Below are positions 25,421-32,000 of a stretch of 32,000 bases of DNA, one piece after another. The notes under the pieces are model-generated. The model was not told the DNA's origin, did not search any database, and was given only the letters and a program-made list of their open reading frames with translations. Location of the stretch: contig NC_017080.1 of assembly GCF_000284115.1 (NCBI RefSeq), positions 3,000,001 through 3,032,000 on the forward strand. Direction: 5' to 3'. How positions within the stretch are numbered: the first letter of the stretch is position 1; each line of letters starts with the position of its first letter. A program made the translations under genes and the position numbers. The stretch comes from Phycisphaera mikurensis NBRC 102666. Lineage in GTDB: Bacteria > Planctomycetota > Phycisphaerae > Phycisphaerales > Phycisphaeraceae.

Positions 25421-27019
25421 ATGAAGTACCTCTTCGCCGCTTCGCTGGTCGTCCTGCTGCTGTGCTCGGTCGGCCTGCGGCTGTCCTTCCCGGACGTCTC
25501 CAGCGACAAGCCGGTGATCTACTGGATCACCGACAAGAACCCGGCCCGCGTCGAGCAGGTCGACACCTTCCACCGCTGGCTGGTGAAGGAGGGCCACGTC
25601 GACGAGGAGGGCGAGGCCGTGTGCGAGCTGCGGATCGACACGAGCAACTCGGACAACACCAAGAAGGTGATCCAGAGCGTGTCCGGGGTGGGCTCCGACG
25701 TCATGGACCTCTACGCGGGTTACAACATGCGGCTCATGTCCTCGATGGGGGTGCTCGCCCCGCTCAACGAGCCCGCCGAACGCCTTGGCTTCTCGCTGGA
25801 CGACACCTTCGAGGTGCTCGAGCCGGAGATCTCCGTGAACGGGCAGCAGTACATGTACCCCTGCAACGTCACGGCCCGGACGATCATCGCGAATCCCGCC
25901 GCTTTCGAGGCGGCGGGCCAGCCCCAGCCGCCGCGGCGGTGGACGATCGAGGAGTTCACCGAAGCCGGCCGGGCGTACGTGGCCGCGGCCAACCGCCCCG
26001 ACACGCCGCCCTCGGACCGCCGTTTCTTCGTCGACCAGATGTCGATCGACGTGCTCTGGCGGAGCTTCGGATCCTCGGCCTTCAACGAAACGGGCACCGC
26101 GTCGGGCTTCAACACCGGCGGTTACAAGCAGGCGTTGCGGCAGCAGAAGCAGTGGATCTACGAAGACGGGATCATGCCGACGCCCGACGACCTCGCCGCC
26201 TTCGCGACGGCGCAGGGCTACGGCGGGGCGTCGCTGCAGCTCTTCGGCCGCGGCAACTTCGCCATGCTCACCGGCGGGCGCTACTTCCTGATCCAGCTGC
26301 GGCAGTTCCCGGGCCTGCGGGGCCTGCGGGCGATCGAGCTGCCGCACGGCGGCTTCCCGAACACGACCGTGAACACGCGGGCCGCGGCCGTCTACGCCGG
26401 CAGCGAGGGCAAGCCGTACGCCTACCTCTTCCTCGCCTATCTCGCCAGCGACGACTACAACGCGTTGATCGTCCGGGACGCCGACGCCCTCCCGCCGAAC
26501 CCCGCCGCGCTGCGGACCGAAGCGTTCCTGCGCCCGCCGGATCACCCCACGGAGTGGGAGTTCCACGGCCCGCAAGCCGAGGCCGCCGTCACGATCGGCA
26601 TCGGCGGGGCCTACAGCCCCTTCGTCCAGAAGACCGAGATCCTGCGCGAGCGTGAGGCCTTCGAGCAGCTCTACATGATCGGCCGGCTCAGCCTCGAGGA
26701 GGCGGTGCTCCGCACCGACGCCGCGGTGAACCGCCGCATCCGCTCCACGGTGGAACGCAAGCCCGACCTGCGGCCGGAGTTCCTCCGCCGGCAGGTGATC
26801 CAGACCGCCGTCGACGAGCGGCGAGACGCGGGCCGGCCGATCCCCGCCAACTGGATCTTCAACGCCTTCTTCAAGGCCTACTACGAGCGGACGGGTCGCC
26901 TCGGCCCCGACGAGCCCTTCCCCGCCGGGGGCGAGCCTCCCGCCCAAGCCGGCGTCGCCGCGAGCCCCGACACCGATTTCGATAGCGACACCGCCACCGC
27001 CACCGCCGAGGCGGCCTGA
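25421..27019 (+). CDS. ABC transporter extracellular solute-binding protein (family 1, carbohydrate type)
   Basis: 532 aa. The N-terminal hydrophobic signal MKYLFAASLVVLLLCSVG has a possible lipobox Cys. It is followed by a family-1 SBP-like pattern (IYWITD..., GSDVMDLYAG). The permease genes follow directly, and the C-terminal tail is Ala/Pro/Asp-rich. Confidence 0.75.
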   Translation: MKYLFAASLVVLLLCSVGLRLSFPDVSSDKPVIYWITDKNPARVEQVDTFHRWLVKEGHVDEEGEAVCELRIDTSNSDNTKKVIQSVSGVGSDVMDLYAGYNMRLMSSMGVLAPLNEPAERLGFSLDDTFEVLEPEISVNGQQYMYPCNVTARTIIANPAAFEAAGQPQPPRRWTIEEFTEAGRAYVAAANRPDTPPSDRRFFVDQMSIDVLWRSFGSSAFNETGTASGFNTGGYKQALRQQKQWIYEDGIMPTPDDLAAFATAQGYGGASLQLFGRGNFAMLTGGRYFLIQLRQFPGLRGLRAIELPHGGFPNTTVNTRAAAVYAGSEGKPYAYLFLAYLASDDYNALIVRDADALPPNPAALRTEAFLRPPDHPTEWEFHGPQAEAAVTIGIGGAYSPFVQKTEILREREAFEQLYMIGRLSLEEAVLRTDAAVNRRIRSTVERKPDLRPEFLRRQVIQTAVDERRDAGRPIPANWIFNAFFKAYYERTGRLGPDEPFPAGGEPPAQAGVAASPDTDFDSDTATATAEAA

Positions 27020-27022
27020 CCG

Positions 27023-28663
27023 ATGGCCGAAACCACCTCCACCGCGATCGACGCCCGGGCCGAGCAGGCCGCCCCCGTCGGCCCTCCGCCCAAGAGCTCC
27101 ACACGCCGCGAGCTCGCCACCGGCTTGAGCTTCCTGGCGCCCAACATCCTCGGCGTCCTGGTCTTCGTGATCTTCCCGGTCGTGTTCAGCCTCGGGATGG
27201 CGTTCACCAACTGGGACCTCACGCAACAGAACATGTTCAAGCCCGAGGCGAGCGTCGAGTTCACCGGGCTGGACAACCTCATCGAGCTCACCACCGAAAA
27301 CCGCGTCGGCGACGTCAACGCCGACGGCCAGACCGTCGGCCTCTGGGAAGCGATCAGCTCCTCCCGCTTCCTCCGCTTCTTCGGGAACACGCTCTTTTTC
27401 ATGATGGGCATCCCGCTGGCCGTCGGCGGTTCGCTGATCGCCGCGATCCTGCTCAGCCAGGACACCCGCGCCGGCGGCGGCCGCAACCACGCCTGGCTCA
27501 TCGGCGGGGGCGTGCTCCTTTCCTCGTGCGTCCTGCTCGCGGCGCTGGGCATCGGAGCCTCCGCGATGGTGCTGCTGGTCGTGGGCACCGGCTGCGGCAT
27601 CCTGCTCATGGGCCTCGCCGGCGGCCTCACCTTCTACCGCACGGTCTTCTACACGCCCCACTTCGTCACGGGCGTGGCCACCTTCGTGCTCTGGAAGAAC
27701 CTGTACTCCAAGCAGACCGGTCCGATCAACAACACGCTGCAGCCGATCCTCGACGGCGTCTCCGGAATGGTGGCGGCGGTGCCGCCGGGTGTCGCACGCA
27801 GCCTGCACTTCCTCGGCTACGCGCTCCTGCTTGGCCTGTTCTGGAAGCTGCTCGCGATCCTGCGGAGGATGCACCGCGACGGCGACCTGGGGCGCATCGC
27901 CACCGCCCTCTCGGTGGCGCTGCTGTGCCTGCCCTTCCTCGCGGCCGGTCTCTGGTACGCGACGGCCCCCACCGCGTGGATCCTGCTCGCCGCGGCGGGC
28001 ACGATTGCCATCGCTCAGACGGCGATGGCCCTCCGCGGCGGCGACCGCTTCCCCTCCACCGCGATGGAGGGTCTCGGATCGGGCCTGGTGCTCTCCATCT
28101 TCGCGATGGTCGGCATGTTCATCCTGCTGGGCCTTTCCGCGGTCGCCTGGTACCTGCCCGGCCTGGTCGAGGGCGAAGTCGTCGACGGCGTCGTGGTCGA
28201 TGCGCCCGGGCTGGAGGCGCCCAGCTGGCTCAACGGCTACCACTACGCCAAGCCCGCCCTCATGTTCATGGGCATCTGGGGCGCCATCGGCAGCAACAAC
28301 ATGCTGCTCTACCTCGCCGGCCTCTCCAACGTGCCCGGCGAGCTGTACGAGGCCGCCGACATCGACGGCGCCACGCCGCTGTCCCGCTTCTGGAACGTGA
28401 CGTGGCCGCAGCTCGCGCCCACCACCTTCTTCATCTTCGTGATGAGCACGATCGGCGGACTCCAGGGCGGCTTCGAGGCGGCCCGGGTCATGACCCAGGG
28501 CGGCCCCGCCGGCTCGACGACCACGCTGTCGTACTTCATCTACCAGGAGGGCTTCGAGACCGGGCGGCTGGGCTTCGCCTCCGCGGTGGCTTGGGTGCTC
28601 TTCCTGCTCATCTTCGCCGTGACGCTCTTCAACTGGAAGTTCGGGAACAAGTATGTCGATTGA
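27023..28663 (+). CDS. Carbohydrate ABC transporter permease (MalF/UgpA-like), about twice the usual length with extra TM segments
   Basis: 546 aa. The N-terminal motif is LSFLAPNILGVLVFVIFPVVFSLGMAFTNWDL. The EAA loop is LYEAADIDGATPLSRFWNVTWPQL. The region at roughly residues 150-370 forms additional hydrophobic helices. Confidence 0.85.
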   Translation: MAETTSTAIDARAEQAAPVGPPPKSSTRRELATGLSFLAPNILGVLVFVIFPVVFSLGMAFTNWDLTQQNMFKPEASVEFTGLDNLIELTTENRVGDVNADGQTVGLWEAISSSRFLRFFGNTLFFMMGIPLAVGGSLIAAILLSQDTRAGGGRNHAWLIGGGVLLSSCVLLAALGIGASAMVLLVVGTGCGILLMGLAGGLTFYRTVFYTPHFVTGVATFVLWKNLYSKQTGPINNTLQPILDGVSGMVAAVPPGVARSLHFLGYALLLGLFWKLLAILRRMHRDGDLGRIATALSVALLCLPFLAAGLWYATAPTAWILLAAAGTIAIAQTAMALRGGDRFPSTAMEGLGSGLVLSIFAMVGMFILLGLSAVAWYLPGLVEGEVVDGVVVDAPGLEAPSWLNGYHYAKPALMFMGIWGAIGSNNMLLYLAGLSNVPGELYEAADIDGATPLSRFWNVTWPQLAPTTFFIFVMSTIGGLQGGFEAARVMTQGGPAGSTTTLSYFIYQEGFETGRLGFASAVAWVLFLLIFAVTLFNWKFGNKYVD

Positions 28664-30296
28664 TTCCGACCCCCGCGACCCCCGCGACCGCCCGGTCGGG
28701 GATCAGCGACACGATCCCGCGGCCCCGGCCCAGGAGGCGGTGCCGCAGGTCGGCCGGCTGGCGACGACCCACACGGTCACCGGCGCAGCCGCCCCCCAGG
28801 CGCCCGCGCCCATCGCGGAGGTGCCGGGCTCCCGACCCACGCCGTCGAACCAGCCGCGGGCCGCCGAGCGGGCGCGGGCGCTGGCGAAGGCCGCGTCGCT
28901 GCACATCGTGCTGACGGCGCTGGGCCTGATCCTCTTCCTTCCCTTCCTCTACATGTTCCTGACGTCGGTGAAGGACCTCAGCCAGGTCGGGCTGCGATCC
29001 TGGATCCCCTCCACCGTGGTCACCACCGACGCGGGACAGTTCGGGGAGGAGCGACTGGCGGCGCTCCACGGCGTCATCCAGGAGCCCGCGGCGCCGGCCG
29101 AGCACTGGCTCTCGGCTCGCTTCGGCGAGCTGATCGAGCCGACGCCCGCGGAGGCTTCCACCGTGCTCAACCGGCTGATCAACGACGGTGCCGATGCGCT
29201 GGCGCTGCCCGCCGAGGACGTCGCCGCGGCCGCATCCGCATCGGCGGCGGCCGAGCCTCCGGCGGACCCCGCGAGCGGAACCGACGCCGAGCGGATCACG
29301 CTCGACGGCATCCCAGGCCCTTTCGATGCCGCGGATCTCCGGCTCCCGGAAGCCGGGTTCGCCGCCGACACGCCCGGAGCCCGCGCCTCGGCGGAGGCGG
29401 AAGCGGCGCTCCAGCGGGCGGAGGCCGCCGTCGCCGCCCACACCGCCTTCGAGAACGGCCTCGCCCTCGCCCCCGAAGGCGAGCGGGCCGCGGCCCGCTC
29501 CGAGGGCCTGGAGCTGCGAGCCGCCGCCGCCGAGGCCGCGCAGACGCTGCGGAGCGCGTGGACCCGCGTCCGGGGCCACCAGCTCGCCGCCGCCCTGCCG
29601 GCGGTGGTGCCCGAGCCCACCGCCTTCCGCTGGCACAACTACCTGCAGGTGTTCCGCGACATCCCCTTCGGCCGCTTCTACATGAACTCGCTGTTCGTGG
29701 CCGCTTGGGTCACCTTCCTCCAGCTGTTCACCAGCTCGATGGCCGCCTTCAGCTTCAGCCGCCTCAGGTGGAAGGGCCGCGACCAGGTCTTCCTTCTCTA
29801 TCTCGCGACGATGATGCTGCCGGGCCTGGTGTTGATGATCCCCAACTACCAGATCATGATCTCGCTGAGGCTCGTTGACACGCTGGTGGGCCTCATCCTG
29901 CCCGCCGCCTTCACCGCCTTTGGCACCTTCCTGCTGCGGCAGTTCATGATGGGCATCCCGGCGAGCCTTGACGAGGCCGCCGAGATCGACGGCGCCAGCA
30001 AGTGGCGGGTCTACTGGGACGTCATCCTCCCGCTGGCCCGCCCCGGCCTGGTGACGCTGGCCATCTTCACCTTCATGGGCACCTACAACAGCTTCTTCTG
30101 GCCGTTGGTGATGCTCAAGAGCGAGCACCGCTACACGCTGCCGATCGGCATCCTCGCCTTCGACACCAGCGCCGGCCAGCAGACGAATCTGATGATGGCC
30201 GCCATCACCATGACGATCGTCCCGATGATCATCGTCTTCGTGCTGCTCCAGAAGCAGCTGGTCAAGGGGATCCAGCTCGGCGCCGTGAAGGGCTGA
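28653..30296 (+). CDS. Carbohydrate ABC transporter permease (MalG/UgpE-like) with an Ala-rich insertion of about 230 aa after TM1
   Basis: 547 aa. Its ATG overlaps the upstream stop (ATGTCGATTGA), suggesting translational coupling. The EAA loop is LDEAAEIDGASKWRVYWDVILPLARPG. The conserved tail is YTLPIGILAF...IVPMIIVFVLLQKQLVKG. Confidence 0.85.
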   Translation: MSIDSDPRDPRDRPVGDQRHDPAAPAQEAVPQVGRLATTHTVTGAAAPQAPAPIAEVPGSRPTPSNQPRAAERARALAKAASLHIVLTALGLILFLPFLYMFLTSVKDLSQVGLRSWIPSTVVTTDAGQFGEERLAALHGVIQEPAAPAEHWLSARFGELIEPTPAEASTVLNRLINDGADALALPAEDVAAAASASAAAEPPADPASGTDAERITLDGIPGPFDAADLRLPEAGFAADTPGARASAEAEAALQRAEAAVAAHTAFENGLALAPEGERAAARSEGLELRAAAAEAAQTLRSAWTRVRGHQLAAALPAVVPEPTAFRWHNYLQVFRDIPFGRFYMNSLFVAAWVTFLQLFTSSMAAFSFSRLRWKGRDQVFLLYLATMMLPGLVLMIPNYQIMISLRLVDTLVGLILPAAFTAFGTFLLRQFMMGIPASLDEAAEIDGASKWRVYWDVILPLARPGLVTLAIFTFMGTYNSFFWPLVMLKSEHRYTLPIGILAFDTSAGQQTNLMMAAITMTIVPMIIVFVLLQKQLVKGIQLGAVKG

Positions 30297-30315
30297 CGCG
30301 TCCCGAGCCCGTGCC

Positions 30316-30564
30316 CGGGTGCCACGCCGCCCGCGGGGTGGCGAGCGCGGGAGATGGTCGCGACGCGGCCACCCCCCAAGGGGCGTGGCACCCGGAGACC
30401 CCGATCAAGCGGACATCTCGGGTGCCACGCCGCTTGCGGGGTGGGGAGCGCGGGAGGTCGTTGCGGCGCGGCCACCCCCCGAGGGGCGTGGCACCCAGAG
30501 ACTCCAACCAAGCGGAGATCTCGGGTGCCACGCCGCTTGCGGGGTGGTGGTCGCCGCAGGCGAC
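30316..30564. repeat. Tandem 103-bp hairpin-forming repeat (2 full units plus a partial third)
   Basis: CGGGTGCCACGCC recurs at 30316, 30419 and 30522. Each full unit holds GGTGCCACGCCGC(C/T)(C/T)GCGGGGTGG and its imperfect complement CCACCCCCC(A/G)AGGGGCGTGGCACC, 27 nt apart. For example, 30421-30444 pairs with 30472-30495. The array ends in the palindrome GTCGCCGCAGGCGAC (30550-30564). Confidence 0.85.
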
Positions 30565-30619
30565 GCCGACGCCCCGGAATCAGGCGGGTCGCGCCTCACG
30601 CACGCCCACCGAGCCGGCT

Positions 30620-31216
30620 TCAGCGGATGTTCTCTTTAAGCGCCGCAATCACGGCCTGCTTGTCGTGGCTGCGGAGGGCGTCGAGGATGTGCTGGTGCTC
30701 CTCGAGCACCTCCCCGTAGTCGTGCAGGCGGGAGTACGCCATGAGCATCTTGGCGCAGAGCTGCCGCCAAACCTCCATGAAGTCTTCCGCCCCGCAGGCG
30801 AGCAGGACCGCCTCGTGGAAGGCCATGTCGCACCGGGCCACCGCGGCCGCGCTGTCGTTGCTGCACGCGAAGCGGAGCTCGCGCAGCGCCATCTCGATCC
30901 CCGCGTAGCCCTCCTCGGTGATGTCGGCGAGGCCGGACTTCACCGCGAAGGTCTCGATCTGCACCCGCAGCGACACGATCATGTCGCGGTTCTTCTTCAC
31001 CGGGGGGTGCCGCACGGTGACGCCGCGGTTGGCGACGTAAGCGAGGAAGCCCTCGTGGGAGAGCTGCAGGAAGGCATCCCGCACCGGCCCCCGGCTGACG
31101 CCCAGCCGCTGCGCCAGCTCGACCTCGCGCAGCACGTGGCCGCCCTCGAAGTTGCCGGCCACCAACTCGTCGCGGAGCGCCCGCGTCACCTGCTCACGGA
31201 CCGTCTGTGGCTGCAT
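30620..31216 (-). CDS. GntR-family transcriptional regulator (FadR/FCD subfamily)
   Basis: The preferred start is MQPQTVREQV (ATG complement at 31214-31216); the track ORF extends to 31321. The winged-HTH segment is REVELAQRLGVSRGPVRDAFLQLSHEGFL...NRGVTV. The helical FCD-like C-terminal domain ends in HQHILDALRSHD. Confidence 0.85.
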   Translation of the reverse strand: MQPQTVREQVTRALRDELVAGNFEGGHVLREVELAQRLGVSRGPVRDAFLQLSHEGFLAYVANRGVTVRHPPVKKNRDMIVSLRVQIETFAVKSGLADITEEGYAGIEMALRELRFACSNDSAAAVARCDMAFHEAVLLACGAEDFMEVWRQLCAKMLMAYSRLHDYGEVLEEHQHILDALRSHDKQAVIAALKENIR

Positions 31217-31364
31217 GCGTCGTCCCATTCCCAATCGTCCGGCAAGACTATAAGCTTGCGGCGCGAGGAGGACAGTCCGCCGCCGGGCGGCGGCCCGACG
31301 CACCGGTCGATCTCGCCGCAATCCGCGGGATGGCGTGCCCGCGTGCCGGGCCCGCCCGGTCGCC

Positions 31365-31877
31365 TCAGGGACCGGCCACGACCCCGACCGCGGAACCGTC
31401 GGGGCACCCGCCGGCGGCCGCCTCCATCATCTGGATGTTCTCGGGCGACATCTTCGGACCCCAGTTCGCTCCGGTCGCGTCGGAGACGAGTTCAGAGCCT
31501 CCGGTCGCGTCGCCCTCCTTGCGGATCGAGACCCAGCCCACCCGGGCCTCCACCCCGGCGAGTTCGTCCACGCTCATGCCGTTGGTGATGTCCCCGGGGT
31601 CGCCGCAGGTCAGCAGCGTGACGTCGACCAGCGACGATCCCTCACCGATCTGCGGATACGACCGCACCCCGGCGCCGCCCTCCGCGGCGGGAGAGCGGGT
31701 GTCGACCGGCCGGGCGTGAACGATCTGCGTCTCGAGGTCCAGCATCCACTTCTGGTCGCTGGGGCCGCGGTCGGAACCCAGCAGGTTCACCGCGAGGAGG
31801 ACCGCCGCGATGCCGCCGACCACCGCCACGGCACCAAGCTTCAGCAGCTTCTGAGGATCATCTTTGTCGTTGGCCAT
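31365..31877 (-). CDS. Hypothetical membrane-anchored protein
   Basis: 170 aa with strong GC3 bias. It has a single N-terminal TM helix (LGAVAVVGGIAAVLLAVNLL) and an extracytoplasmic domain with two Cys. No family is recognised. Confidence 0.55.
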   Translation of the reverse strand: MANDKDDPQKLLKLGAVAVVGGIAAVLLAVNLLGSDRGPSDQKWMLDLETQIVHARPVDTRSPAAEGGAGVRSYPQIGEGSSLVDVTLLTCGDPGDITNGMSVDELAGVEARVGWVSIRKEGDATGGSELVSDATGANWGPKMSPENIQMMEAAAGGCPDGSAVGVVAGP

Positions 31878-32000
31878 GGCAGCAATCGGGAATCGTGGGG
31901 ACGGGCGTGGGCGCCGGCTCGGGGATCCGTCACCCCGGCCGCACCGCCGGAGACGGCGAAGGGCCCCGCTTCACTGCTTCGCGTTCCAGTAGTTCGGCCC

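Noticed and set aside
30316-30564. 103-bp tandem repeats, and the REP arrays at 5565-6442, as a CRISPR array
   Set aside because: The repeat period, internal hairpin-doublet structure and conserved linkers do not fit a repeat-spacer organisation. There are only 2-3 units and no cas genes are present.
31976-32000. Possible 3' end of a minus-strand gene (TCA stop complement at 31976-31978; translation ...GPNYWNAKQ*)
   Set aside because: Only 8 codons are visible in the window. That is too little to call a CDS or product.

Overview
This is a very GC-rich, densely coding bacterial chromosomal window. Long antisense ORFs in the track, up to 2138 aa, are artefacts of GC-rich, stop-poor sequence. 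All homology calls come from reading the translations and recognising family motifs; no database search was run.

Layout, left to right:
1. 1-5463 (+): a reductive pyrimidine catabolism operon. It holds the 3' part of a beta-ureidopropionase-type C-N hydrolase, an NCS2 nucleobase permease, a class-III (beta-alanine/AGXT2-like) aminotransferase and a PreA-like dihydropyrimidine dehydrogenase catalytic subunit. Each of its three intergenic gaps holds one copy of a 190-260 bp element with roughly 60 bp CACAGAG-rich terminal inverted repeats and a non-conserved core.
2. 5565-6442: a REP-associated tyrosine transposase (RAYT, IS200-like Y1 HUH) gene. It has two upstream and three downstream copies of a 20-33 bp REP in mutually inverted orientation.
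3. 6478-21938: a glycan biosynthesis locus of about 15 kb. It encodes a formyltransferase, a Zn-ribbon SAM methyltransferase, two GT4, three GT2, a DegT-type sugar aminotransferase, an HldE-like heptose kinase/nucleotidyltransferase with reversed domain order, a CgeB-like protein, one uncharacterised protein and a GNAT-like protein. Three of these proteins carry a related C-terminal Rossmann-like module.
4. 22107-24290 (-): ftsH.
5. 24426-31216: a sugar utilisation locus. It encodes a TIM-barrel sugar-phosphate isomerase/epimerase, a solute-binding protein, two unusually large ABC permeases with no ATPase gene, and a convergent GntR/FCD regulator. Between the last permease and the regulator lie 2.3 tandem copies of a 103 bp hairpin-forming repeat.
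6. 31365-31877 (-): a small membrane-anchored hypothetical protein.

I recognise no canonical defence system, CRISPR array, tRNA or rRNA. The best candidates for undescribed biology are the three repeat systems and the recurrent C-terminal module and uncharacterised proteins in the glycan locus.
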